Below, piece after piece: positions 20,028 to 29,903 of a stretch of 64,000 bases of DNA. The DNA comes from an uncultured Bacteroidota bacterium (GTDB taxonomy: Bacteria > Bacteroidota > Ignavibacteria > UBA10030 > UBA6906). Numbering within the stretch: position 1 is the first letter of the stretch; each line of letters starts with the position of its first letter. The notes below the pieces were generated by a model. The model did not search any database. It saw nothing but the letters and a program-made list of their open reading frames with translations, and was not told the DNA's origin. Location: positions 1,664,001-1,728,000 of the forward strand of contig CAVOYH010000003.1 of the NCBI GenBank assembly GCA_963700635.1. Direction: 5' to 3'. The position numbers and the translations under genes were made by a program.

Positions 20028-21320
20028 ATGCCACGTCGTCGATCAAATGCGCCTCGGTCGCCGGCCATACCGACTGAGCCAGCGCAGCCGGTCATGCCGT
20101 CTGTGCCGGTCACGTCGTCCGCGCCGGTCATGTCGTCCGCGCCGGAGTTTGTGATTGTTGTCCTCGGTATCTTTGCGCTTGCCGCCGTCGCGTTTACGAT
20201 CCAATCCGTCCTGTCGCCTTTTGTCGTCGGGGCTGTCGCCGTCCTGGTGCTTCTTCCCTTCCGTGAACGCCCGTACGTACGCCGGATCATCGCGCTGATC
20301 GTGCTGCTTGTAGCCTTCTGGGCATTCATTTCGCTGTTTTCGATTCTCCTCCCGTTTCTTTTCGCCTACGTGCTCGCATATCTGCTCGATCCGGTCACAA
20401 CCCGGCTCTCCCGGTACGGGATCCCACGCTGGATGGCAAGCCTTGTCATTGTGCTTTTGATGGTAGGGACGGTTGTCTCGCTGCTCATCTTTGTGCTGCC
20501 GGTCGTGGTTCAGCAGTTTGACGGTATCATCACGGGAGTCCGCTCACTGGTGGCGGAGGCGACTGCATGGCTCGAGTCCGGTTCAGTGCAGGAGACCCTG
20601 CAATCGTTCGGCATCCCCGCAGGAACAGTCCATGATACCCTTTCGAGCGGCGTGGTTCCACGGATGGAAGACATCCTCACGACACTGCTCACCAGCATCC
20701 TGGGACTCCTCAGCAGCATCACGTCGGTGGCCCTTCACGTGATCAATGCCGTCATCATCCCGTTCCTGGTATTCTACCTGCTGAAGGATTTCCCGGTGAT
20801 CAGTGACCGTTTTATCCGGTTTTTTCCCCGCGTCCACACACGGCGGGTCCGGATGATCGTGGGGAGGGTGGACGAGGTGCTGGGCCGCTATGTGCGCGGC
20901 GCTGTTCTCGTTGCAATCATTCAGGGTGTGATTTCCGCGACCGCTCTCTGGGCAATCGGCGTCCGCTATGCTCTTGTGCTGGGCATCATGACCGCGGTTC
21001 TCAATTTCATTCCGTATATCGGGCTCGTGACGAGTCTCCTGGTCGCATCCATCGTGGCTCTCGTGAGCGGGGGAGCTGTAGGAGTAAAGGTGTTCGCCGT
21101 CGTCCTCCTCTATCTGTCGCAGAAAGTCCTCGAGGCCAGCGTCCTCGCACCCAGGATCATAGGAGCGCAGGTCGGGTTACATCCCGTTGTCCTTATCCTC
21201 TGCCTCATGGTGTTCGGCTATTTCCTGGGCTTCATCGGTCTGCTGATAGCCGTGCCCGCCACGGCCCTGCTGTTGCTGGCCTGGGACCAGTGGGAGAGTC
21301 GGCGCGACGGGATTGCGTAA
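20028..21320 (+). CDS. AI-2E family (PerM) transporter
   Basis: Multi-TM; LAYLLDP, FYLLKD, NFIPYIG, L.PRIIG..VGLHP, GFIGLLIAVP. Confidence 0.88.
   Translation: MPRRRSNAPRSPAIPTEPAQPVMPSVPVTSSAPVMSSAPEFVIVVLGIFALAAVAFTIQSVLSPFVVGAVAVLVLLPFRERPYVRRIIALIVLLVAFWAFISLFSILLPFLFAYVLAYLLDPVTTRLSRYGIPRWMASLVIVLLMVGTVVSLLIFVLPVVVQQFDGIITGVRSLVAEATAWLESGSVQETLQSFGIPAGTVHDTLSSGVVPRMEDILTTLLTSILGLLSSITSVALHVINAVIIPFLVFYLLKDFPVISDRFIRFFPRVHTRRVRMIVGRVDEVLGRYVRGAVLVAIIQGVISATALWAIGVRYALVLGIMTAVLNFIPYIGLVTSLLVASIVALVSGGAVGVKVFAVVLLYLSQKVLEASVLAPRIIGAQVGLHPVVLILCLMVFGYFLGFIGLLIAVPATALLLLAWDQWESRRDGIA
20088..20145 (+). repeat. In-frame 18-bp tandem repeat (3 copies plus partial) in the AI-2E N-terminus
   Basis: CCGGTCATGCCGTCTGTG / CCGGTCACGTCGTCCGCG / CCGGTCATGTCGTCCGCG encoding PVMPSV-PVTSSA-PVMSSA. 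Confidence 0.8.
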
Positions 21321-22011
21321 TGCCCGGCGTACTCTATCTGGTGGCAACGCCGATCGGCAACCTGGAGGACATCACATTCCGCGGTCTGAAAGTGTTACGG
21401 GAGGCCGACCTCGTCATCTGTGAGGAACGCCGCGAAGGGGACCGGTTACTCCGTCACTTCGACATCAGCCGGCCTCTGGAGACACTGAACGAGCACAACG
21501 AATCTGCGGCGACACATACCATCCTTCAGGCCCTGCTCGCCGGCAAGTCGGTCGCAGTCATCTCGGACTGCGGGACGCCGGTTCTTCTGACCCGGGACAG
21601 CTTTTGGTCCGCCGCGCCGTTGAACAGGGAATCCGGGTCGTCCCCGTCCCGGGTGCGTCCTCACTTCTTCCCGCGCTGACCGTCTCGGGCTTTTCCATCG
21701 ACCAGTTTCTCTATTATGGGTGGCTCTCGCCGAAGAAGGAGCGGCGCAGAGCAGAATTGCGTCAGTTACTCCAGGAGCAGCGGACAATCGTATTGATGGA
21801 GACACCGTACCGTCTCTCGTCGTTGCTCAGGGACCTCGCAGAGACGTTCGGCGAATCCCGCCGGTGCTGTCTGGCGTTCAATCTGACCATGGCCGACGAG
21901 CAGATCTTTCACGATACGGCGGGCGGGTTGTACCGCCGGCTCGGCTCGCGCGAGATGAAGGGGGAATTCGTTGTTGTCATTGACGGAAGGAGGATCGACC
22001 GGAAGCGATGA
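21320..22011 (+). CDS. rsmI: 16S rRNA C1402 2'-O-methyltransferase, interrupted by a 1-nt frameshift near 21585
   Basis: LYLVATPIGNLEDIT...SDCGTP in one frame, DPG..LVRRA...VVPVPGAS...METPYRL...KGEFVVVI in another; adding one base restores VLSDPG. Confidence 0.9.
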
Positions 22012-22771
22012 CATTTGAGGTGGCGCTCTGGATGTATCCTCTGTTGCTTGCCGGTGGCCTTCTTGCGGGATGGGTCGATTCGATTGCCGGGGGAGGAGGG
22101 ATGGTGACTATTCCGCTGCTGCTTGGCATCGGTGTGCCCCCGCAAATGGTTCTCGGGACCAACAAGCTGCAGGCGAGTTTTGGCAGCTTCACTGCCTCGC
22201 ACCACTACGTGCTGGAACGAGTGGTCCCCTCCCGGATGCAAGGATGGGAATCCTCTACACGCTCACCGGGAGCGTGCTCGGCACGGTGACCGTTCAGCAG
22301 ATCGACCCCGGCATCCTGAATGTCGTGATTCCGTTTTTGCTTCTGGCTATTGCACTCTACATGCTGATCACACCATCCCTGGGTTCCATTGAGGCGCGGC
22401 CGCGGATGCACCGCCCGGCGTTCTATCTGCTGGCCGGTCTGTTCCTCGGGTTCTACGACGGCTTCTTCGGCCCGGGAGTGGGTTCGTTCTGGGCTGTTGC
22501 GCTGGTCCTCGGCCTCGGTTTCGACCTGAGGCGTGCGACCGGCTACACAAAGGTCATGAATTTCACCAGCAACATCTTCTCCTTCGTGGTCTTCGCGATC
22601 GGGGGAAATGTCCTCTGGCTTCCCGGGTTAGTCATGGCGGTTGGACAGATCGCCGGTGCGCGCCTGGGATCGGGCATGGTGATCCGAAAAGGAGCCACCT
22701 TTATCCGCCCGATTTTCATTGCCGTTGTCATTGTCACGACGCTGAAACTGCTTTCGGACAGACTTTTCTAG
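22008..22771 (+). CDS. TSUP (TauE/SafE, YfcA-like) transporter, interrupted by a 1-nt frameshift at the C4 run 22226-22229
   Basis: AGWVDSIAGGGG...LGTNKLQ then GFYDGFFGPGVGSF...TKVMNFTSN in another frame. Confidence 0.85.
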
Positions 22772-22795
22772 CCGTTTTCCCCTCATTTCGCCTGT

Positions 22796-22824
22796 TTGCA
22801 ATTCAACCCATGAATGGGTATATT
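22796..22824 (+). promoter_or_regulatory. Putative sigma70 promoter
   Basis: TTGCAA-17 nt-TATATT, 12 nt before ATG 22837. Confidence 0.5.
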
Positions 22825-22836
22825 TTTCGCACGATT

Positions 22837-23865
22837 ATGACCATTCAGGAAATATTACCCCATCGCGTCAGGGCCCGGGATCTCGTCGGGGAGTACTGGT
22901 TCAACGGCAACCCGGTGCTCATAAGTGAGATGCAGGGGAACGTTGTCCTTCTCGATTTCTGGGACTACAGTTCCACGGAATCCCTGCGGACACTTCCGTA
23001 TGTTCTGGCCTGGTCGAGAAAGTACCGCGAATCCGGATTGTCGGTGGTGGGTGTACACACCCCCCGGTTTCAGTTCGGGTCTGATCCCGGGCACGTACAG
23101 AGCGTGATCGAGGATCTCGGGATCGATTATCCTGTCATGACGGACAACACTCAGTTGATCTGGTCTGCGTACGGAAATCGCTCGTGGCCGACCAAACACC
23201 TGATCGACAAGGATGGCTTCATCCGGTGTCAGAATCTTGGCGAAGGGGGATACACATCCTTCGAACGCGCACTGCAGCATCTCCTGTACGAAGCACGTCC
23301 TCATGAGGAACTTCCTGATCTGATGGAACCCCTTCGCGAGACCGACAGGCCGGGGGCGATCTGCTTTCGGGCGACACCGGAAGTGCTTGCCGGCTATCTT
23401 CGCGGGAGCATTGGCAACGTGGAAGGGACGTCGCCGGAGTCCGTTGTCGACTATGCAGACCCCGGGCTGTATCACGAGGGACGGCTGTATTTGAAGGGGG
23501 CGTGGCGCAATGAACGGGAGTGTTTTCGCTGGGAGGGGGAACCGGGCGAGCAGAGCGCGATTGTGATGCGGTATAGGGGGATCGAAGCGAATGTCGTTCT
23601 CGAGCCGCCGACAGAGGGGGGTGGTAGTGTGATGGTGCTGCAAGACGGTCAGCCGTTGACTCCCGAAAACGCCGGCAAAGACATACATTTCAACGCGGGA
23701 CACACGAGCAGGTTGACCATGGACATCCCCCGCTCGTACAACATGGTCCGCAACCGGGAATTCGGGGACCACGTGCTGGAGATCGTGCCGGAAGGTCCCG
23801 GATGTGCGGTGTATGCACTGACCGGTGTCACGGCTGTGATTCCTGAACTCTTCGGCAGCAATTGA
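22837..23865 (+). CDS. DipZ-like redoxin plus C-terminal beta-sandwich protein lacking CxxC
   Basis: VVLLDFWDYS-STES-LRTLPY, VVGVHTP.F, YGNRSWP...LID..G.IR....GEGGY, TPE...GY.R. Confidence 0.8.
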   Translation: MTIQEILPHRVRARDLVGEYWFNGNPVLISEMQGNVVLLDFWDYSSTESLRTLPYVLAWSRKYRESGLSVVGVHTPRFQFGSDPGHVQSVIEDLGIDYPVMTDNTQLIWSAYGNRSWPTKHLIDKDGFIRCQNLGEGGYTSFERALQHLLYEARPHEELPDLMEPLRETDRPGAICFRATPEVLAGYLRGSIGNVEGTSPESVVDYADPGLYHEGRLYLKGAWRNERECFRWEGEPGEQSAIVMRYRGIEANVVLEPPTEGGGSVMVLQDGQPLTPENAGKDIHFNAGHTSRLTMDIPRSYNMVRNREFGDHVLEIVPEGPGCAVYALTGVTAVIPELFGSN

Positions 23866-24839
23866 TGCCTTCGTCCGCACAGGCGCCCGGGACTCCGCCC
23901 CCGCTCCGAACACGTGTGACTGACCTGCTCGGAGTCCCGTATCCGATAGTGCAGGCGGGGATGGTATGGGCGGCGGGCGCAAAGCTCGCCGCTGCCGTTT
24001 CAGAGGCGGGTGCCTTCGGCGTGATTGGTGCGGGGTCGATGAAACCGGATCTGCTTCGCCTGCACATCCGGAAAGCCCGTTCGCTGACCGCGTCTCCGTT
24101 CGGCGTCAATATCCCGCTGGGACGGGCGGACGCGTCGGACCTTGTGGCTGTTGTTCAGGAAGAACATGTCCGTGTGGTCATCACCTCGGCAGGCCATCCG
24201 CTGAAATTTACCGCTCAGTTGAAACAGGCGGGATGCATCGTCCTTCATGTGGTTGCTGCGGTGAAACACGCCCGCAAGGCGGTCGAAGCCGGGTGTGATT
24301 GCGTTGTTGCCGAGGGCTTTGAAGCCGGCGGCCACAATGGAATCGATGAGGTTACCACCCTTACCCTGGTGCCGCAGGTGGCTGATGCGGTGAGCGTGCC
24401 GGTGATCGCCGCAGGAGGCATTGCCGACGGACGCGGGATGGCTGCGGCTCTGGCACTCGGTGCCGACGCCGTGCAGGTGGGAACCCGGTTTGCGGCAACG
24501 GAGGAGTCGTCGGCCCACGAACGCTACAAACGCGCCGTTATCGAAGCCGGCGACACCGGAACGGTCCTGACATTGAAAGGGATTACTCCCGTCCGTATGC
24601 TCAAGACCCCGTTCACCATTAGGGTGCGGGAGGCGGAGCAACGGTGCGCGGGGAGAGAAGAACTGGAACTCCTCCTCGGGCGTAAACGCGAGATGAGGGG
24701 GATCTTCGAAGGGGACCTTGAAGAGGGGATGTTTGAAGCGGGACAGAGTGCGGGGCTCGTTCGTGATGTCCTTCCGGCCGGAGCTGTCGTGACACAGATG
24801 ATGGCGGAATACACGCAGGCCAAAGAACGCATGCCGTAG
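23865..24839 (+). CDS. Nitronate monooxygenase / FabK-like flavoprotein
   Basis: YPIVQAGM, PFGVN, EGFEAGGH, PVIAAGGIADGRG..AALALGA..VQVGTRF. Confidence 0.88.
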   Translation: MPSSAQAPGTPPPLRTRVTDLLGVPYPIVQAGMVWAAGAKLAAAVSEAGAFGVIGAGSMKPDLLRLHIRKARSLTASPFGVNIPLGRADASDLVAVVQEEHVRVVITSAGHPLKFTAQLKQAGCIVLHVVAAVKHARKAVEAGCDCVVAEGFEAGGHNGIDEVTTLTLVPQVADAVSVPVIAAGGIADGRGMAAALALGADAVQVGTRFAATEESSAHERYKRAVIEAGDTGTVLTLKGITPVRMLKTPFTIRVREAEQRCAGREELELLLGRKREMRGIFEGDLEEGMFEAGQSAGLVRDVLPAGAVVTQMMAEYTQAKERMP

Positions 24840-24847
24840 GAGAGAGA

Positions 24848-26670
24848 ATGACGCCATTTCAAACGATGCTGCAGGAGAAGGTGATCGTCTTCGATGGCGC
24901 CACCGGCACTCATTTGCAGGGGCAGGATCTGACCGCAGATGATTTTGACGGGGAGCATCTCAACGGCTGTAATGAGTATCTGGTGATTTCGAAACCGTCC
25001 GCGGTCGAGCTCGTCCACCGCGACTACCTGGAAGCAGGGTGCGACGTTATCGAGACCAACAGCTTCGGTTCCTCGTCCATCGTGCTGGCCGAATACGGTC
25101 TGGCGGACCGATCCTATGAGCTGTCGCACAGGGCTGCACAGATCGCCAGGGAGGTTGCACGGGGATATTCCACGCCGGCCCATCCACGGTTTGTTGCAGG
25201 GTCCATAGGTCCCACAACCAAACTCCCTTCCCTCGGCCACATGACATTTCGCGACATGGCCACCTCCTTCCACATTCAGGCCAAAGGTCTGGTGGAGGGG
25301 GGTGCGGATCTCCTGTGCATCGAGACTGCCCAGGACATGCTCCAGGCGAAGGCCGCACTCTACGGCATCTTCGGGTTCTTCGCCGAGGCCCGGCGCAGCG
25401 TGCCCGTCATCGTGTCTGTGACGGTCGAAACGATGGGGACGCTCCTGCTCGGGACCGAGATCAGTGCCGCGCTTGTGACGCTTGAACCGTATGACGTAGA
25501 CGTGATCGGGATGAACTGTGCAACCGGTCCAATGGAGATGTCCGAGCACGTGCGTGTGCTGACCGGGTCGAGCCCCAAACCGGTTTTTGTGATGCCCAAT
25601 GCCGGCATTCCCGAAAACGTTGGCGGCCACGCGCACTATCGTCTGACGCCGGAGGAGTTTACATCGTCGCTCTCGCATTTTGTGAAGGACCTCGGGGTTA
25701 GTGTTGTCGGCGGATGCTGCGGGACGACGCCCGAACATATCAGGCAGGTGGTGCAGGCGGTTGGCGGGCTCTCCCCGCGGCCGAGAAATCCGGAGTTTGT
25801 GCCAAGCGCCTCAAGCCTGTATCAGGCGGCGCCGCTGCACCTTGACCCTCCGCCCGTGCTGGTCGGTGAACGGACGAATGCTAACGGAAGCAAGCTCTTC
25901 CGCGACCTCCTGGCACGTGAAGACTGGGAGGGGATTGTCGCCATGGGCAAGGAGGCCGTGAAAGAGGGCGCCCATATGGTGGATGTCTGCGCAGCATTCG
26001 TCGGCCGCGACGAGCGCCGGGACATGCGGGAAATCCTCTTCCGGTTCAATACGCAGGTCACCCTCCCGATCGTCATCGATTCCACCGAAGCACCGGTCAT
26101 CGAGGACGCTCTGCAGCTGATCGGCGGCAAAGCGATCATTAATTCCATCAACCTCGAAGACGGCGAAGAACGGATCAAAGCCATTCTCCCTCTCTGCAAA
26201 CAGTACGGAGCAGCGGTGATTGCGCTGACGATCGATGAAGAGGGGATGGCGAAGACCGCGGACCGGAAGGTCGCCGTTGCCCGCAGAATCCATGATATTG
26301 CCGTGCACCGGTACGGCATGAAATCGCATGATCTGATTTTCGATGCCCTGACATTCACGCTCGGTTCGGGGGACGAGGAATTCCGGCGGGCCGGCATCGA
26401 GACGCTGGAAGCCATCCGCCGGATCAAACGTGAGCTCCCCGGGTGTTAAGACGCTGCTCGGCGTCAGCAATATCTCCTTCGGGCTCTCCCCCCATCTCCG
26501 CCATGCGCTGAACAGCGTGTTTCTCCATCATGCAATCGAGGCGGGTCTGGATATGGCCATCGTCCACGCCGGAAAAATCATGCCGCTCTACAAGATCGAT
26601 GAGACAGGGGCGGGAACTCTGCCGTCAGCTGATCTTCGATGAACGCCGATTTGAGGAGGTGCAGGCATGA
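24848..26670 (+). CDS. metH: B12-dependent methionine synthase, N-terminal part (homocysteine-binding and pterin-binding domains); two +1 frameshifts near 26442 and 26608
   Basis: FDGATGT, G.NCATGP, GGCCGTTPEHI, GERTNANGSK, GVSNISFG; removing one G at each run gives ...KIDETGRELCRQLIFDERRFEEVQA-stop at 26670. Confidence 0.88.
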
Positions 26671-28376
26671 GCACCGGAGCGACCACTCGCAGGGTCGTCT
26701 ACGACCCGCTGTCGCAGTTGATGGAGCACTATGCGTCGCAGAAGACTGAAAAGAAGGAGCAGGCGGCCCGGGCCGAGAAGGTCGAAGATCGTCTGAAAAT
26801 CCGCATTATTGATGGGGACAAGGTAGGCCTTCAGGCCGACCTGGACGAGGCCCTGCGCGGTTATTCAGCCCTCGACATCATCAACACCATCCTGCTCGAC
26901 GGTATGAAAGTTGTGGGTGAACTCTTCGGGAGCGGTCAGATGCAGCTCCCCTTCGTGCTTCAGTCGGCCGAGGTGATGAAAACCGCCGTTGCGTACCTCG
27001 AGCAGTTCATGGACAAGACGAAGTCCACCTCCAAAGGGACGATGGTGCTCGCAACGGTGAAAGGCGATGTCCACGACATCGGCAAGAATCTCGTTGATAT
27101 CATCCTGACCAACAACGGGTACACGGTCATCAATCTCGGCATCAAGTGCGCGATCGAGACCATGATCCAGGCAGCCGCCGAACACCGCGCGGATGCCATA
27201 GGAATGAGCGGCCTGCTGGTAAAATCGACGCTCATCATGAAGCAAAACCTCGAAGTCATGAATGAGCGGGGGATGACACTCCCGGTGATTCTTGGTGGTG
27301 CCGCACTCACGCGGCGGTATGTGGAGCAGGATCTGCGCACCACGTATCGGGGGACCGTGATGTATGCGAACGACGCGTTCGACGGTCTTGGGTATATGGA
27401 GCAGATCAGGACCGGCACACTGGAAACGCGGGCGGAGGGGGCCGACGACGAGGCCGTTCCCACCGGTACTGAAGCCAAAATAGCCATGGCGGAGCAGGAG
27501 AATGAGCGGTATGCCGCACCACCCCCGGCACTCTCCACGGCATCCTCAACCCGACGGTCAGCCGTGCGCACCGACAATCCGATTCCGGGTCCTCCGTTCT
27601 GGGGTACACGTGTCATGGAGAGTATCCCGCTCGACGATGTGTTTGCCTACATCAATGAAGTGGCGCTGATCAGGGGACAGTGGCAGGTGCGGAAAGGGAA
27701 ACTCACCGAAGACGCGTACCGTGCCCTGCTGACGGAAAAGGTGACGCCGGAACTCATCCGCCTTAAAGCCCTCTGCAAGAAGGAGCAGCTCCTCCAACCC
27801 AAGGTGGTGTACGGCTACTTCCCCTGTCATGGCGACGGGGATGACCTCGTCGTCCTCGAGGATGATTGCACAACGGAGCGGCTTCGCTTTACGTTCCCCC
27901 GCCAGCGGGCCGATCGGCACCTGTGCCTGTCCGACTACTTCGCGTCCAAGGACTCAGGGCGGACCGATGTTGTGGCCATGCATCTGGTGACAATGGGGAG
28001 AGCGGCGTCGGAGCATTCGGCGCGTCTCTTCGCTGCCAATAACTACGCGGAGTATCTCTATTTTCACGGGCTGAGCGTGGAATCGGCCGAGGCCCTGGCA
28101 GAACTCTGGCACAAGCGGATCAGGGAAGAGCTGGGAATTGCGGGAAATGACGCCGCGGACATCCGCAAGATGTTCGCACAGGGATATCAGGGATCCCGCT
28201 ACAGCTTCGGGTATCCGGCCTGTCCGAATCTGGAAGACCAGCAGAAGCTGTTTGCCCTGCTGGATGCCGAACGGATTGGCGTCCGTCTGACGGATGAATA
28301 CTCCCTCGACCCCGAGCAGAGTACGAACGCAATCGTCGTGCATCACCCGGAGGCCCGGTATTTCACGGTCGCCTGA
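26667..28376 (+). CDS. metH: B12-dependent methionine synthase, C-terminal part (cap, cobalamin-binding and SAM reactivation domains)
   Basis: GMKVVGELFG.G.MQLPFVLQSAE, ATVKGDVHDIGKNLV, SGLL, GGAA, RYSFGYPACP; GAGGAGG RBS and ATGA overlap. Confidence 0.92.
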   Translation: MSTGATTRRVVYDPLSQLMEHYASQKTEKKEQAARAEKVEDRLKIRIIDGDKVGLQADLDEALRGYSALDIINTILLDGMKVVGELFGSGQMQLPFVLQSAEVMKTAVAYLEQFMDKTKSTSKGTMVLATVKGDVHDIGKNLVDIILTNNGYTVINLGIKCAIETMIQAAAEHRADAIGMSGLLVKSTLIMKQNLEVMNERGMTLPVILGGAALTRRYVEQDLRTTYRGTVMYANDAFDGLGYMEQIRTGTLETRAEGADDEAVPTGTEAKIAMAEQENERYAAPPPALSTASSTRRSAVRTDNPIPGPPFWGTRVMESIPLDDVFAYINEVALIRGQWQVRKGKLTEDAYRALLTEKVTPELIRLKALCKKEQLLQPKVVYGYFPCHGDGDDLVVLEDDCTTERLRFTFPRQRADRHLCLSDYFASKDSGRTDVVAMHLVTMGRAASEHSARLFAANNYAEYLYFHGLSVESAEALAELWHKRIREELGIAGNDAADIRKMFAQGYQGSRYSFGYPACPNLEDQQKLFALLDAERIGVRLTDEYSLDPEQSTNAIVVHHPEARYFTVA

Positions 28377-28431
28377 CCATTCGCGGTGTACGCCGTTCGT
28401 TCCGGAACGGGTTCCCGGACAATTCACTATG

Positions 28432-28460
28432 TTGCAATTTGAACCTGTATTGGTTATTTT
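28432..28460 (+). promoter_or_regulatory. Putative sigma70 promoter for ferredoxin
   Basis: TTGCAA-17 nt-TATTTT. Confidence 0.45.
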
Positions 28461-28517
28461 GAGAGCACTCCAGCCAGTGTCCAGATCTACACGAATGAAA
28501 AACGGAGGAAGATTCAC

Positions 28518-28859
28518 ATGGCAACTTTCATCACGGAAGAGTGCATCAATTGCGGTGCATGCGAGCCGGAATGCCCGAATACCGCGATTTACGCCGGCGG
28601 TGTCCAGTACGAGCTGAACGGAAAGATGTTTGACGCTCTCTCAAACGACTTCTACTATATCGTCCCCGAGAAATGCACAGAATGTGTCGGCCATTTTGAT
28701 CAGGAGCAGTGTGCGGCAGTTTGTCCGGTGGATTGCTGCGTTCCGGATCCCAACCGCCCCGAAACGGAAGAGGTTCTGTTCGAGCGCGCCAAGAAAATCC
28801 ATTCGGAAAAGACTTTTCCGGAATTGACTGCCGCGACATCGCGTTTCCGCAAGGGGTAA
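28518..28859 (+). CDS. YfhL-family 2[4Fe-4S] ferredoxin
   Basis: CINCGACEPECP and CTECVGH....QCAAVCPVDCC. Confidence 0.93.
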   Translation: MATFITEECINCGACEPECPNTAIYAGGVQYELNGKMFDALSNDFYYIVPEKCTECVGHFDQEQCAAVCPVDCCVPDPNRPETEEVLFERAKKIHSEKTFPELTAATSRFRKG

Positions 28860-28976
28860 GTCACCGTTTCCTTTGCTGCAGAATATGTACAGGTCGGTCC
28901 AGACTCCGGCCGGCAGAGACCGGTGGCGGAGGAAGGACCGACCTTCGTTTTCAGGAGGGTCTGTCAGGAGGCCGGA

Positions 28977-29819
28977 ATGATCATCGGCGGGTATACGCTC
29001 AACAGTGTGGACACCGGGCGGTTTGCCCTGGACGGGGGCGCCATGTTCGGCGTCGTCCCGAAACCCCTCTGGGAAAAGGCTCATCCTGCGGACGACCGCA
29101 ATCGCATCGCCATGGCAGCCCGTGCCTTGCTGCTCGTGGGTCATGGACGGACGATTCTGGTGGACACGGGGAACGGCGACAAGTACGATCCCAAACAGAC
29201 ATCCATTTTCGGCTTCGACACCTCCTCAGCCGGCCTTCTTGCGTCCCTCAATGCGCTGGGGGTGGCTCCGGGTGACGTTACAGATGTCCTTCTGACCCAC
29301 CTTCATTTTGACCATGCCGGAGGTGCGACGAGAATCGTGAACGGTGTGGTTGAACCGACCTTTCCCGGTGCGCGATACCACGTCCAGAAAGCGCAGTGGG
29401 ACACGGCACTCCAGCCGACCGAACGCGACCGGGCGAGTTTCTTCCCCCATGATTACCTCCCCCTCCAGGCGCGGGACCAGCTGTTGTTCGTGCAGGAGGA
29501 CGAAGAGCTCTTTCCGGGAATCAGGCTTCTCCAGTTCCACGGACACACGACCGCGCTGCAGTGTCCGCTCCTGAGCGACGGCACGACAACCCTGCTCTAC
29601 TGCGCGGATCTGGTTCCATTGCATTCACATGTTCAGCTCCCATGGATTATGGGATACGATCTGAGACCCCTGGTGACGCTCGAAGAAAAACGACAGGTCC
29701 TCAGGCAGGCAGCCGATGAGCAGTGGATACTGTTTTTTGAACATGACCCGGATGTCATAGCCGCGCGCATCGGGACAGGGCCGAAGGGATACGTCATCAC
29801 CGAGCGGATGAAACTATGA
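28977..29819 (+). CDS. MBL-fold metallo-hydrolase (YtnP-like)
   Basis: LDGGAMFGVVPKPLW, THLHFDHAGG, GHT, MGYD..P, FEHD. Confidence 0.9.
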   Translation: MIIGGYTLNSVDTGRFALDGGAMFGVVPKPLWEKAHPADDRNRIAMAARALLLVGHGRTILVDTGNGDKYDPKQTSIFGFDTSSAGLLASLNALGVAPGDVTDVLLTHLHFDHAGGATRIVNGVVEPTFPGARYHVQKAQWDTALQPTERDRASFFPHDYLPLQARDQLLFVQEDEELFPGIRLLQFHGHTTALQCPLLSDGTTTLLYCADLVPLHSHVQLPWIMGYDLRPLVTLEEKRQVLRQAADEQWILFFEHDPDVIAARIGTGPKGYVITERMKL

Positions 29820-29903
29820 GAGGAACGGCGCGATGCGGTTCATCAACGCAACGGCGGTATGACGTGAATGTAAAAGACGGCATTGTCTACGTCGGAGTCC
29901 CGG

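Noticed and set aside
21580-26612. Programmed frameshifting or phase variation in rsmI, TSUP and metH
   Set aside because: No slippery heptamers or long homopolymers, and indel directions are mixed; sequencing error is more parsimonious.
26640-26670. Selenocysteine or readthrough of TGA in metH
   Set aside because: The TGA codons are not at Cys-equivalent positions; the first is explained by a frameshift and the second by an RBS-backed ATGA gene overlap.
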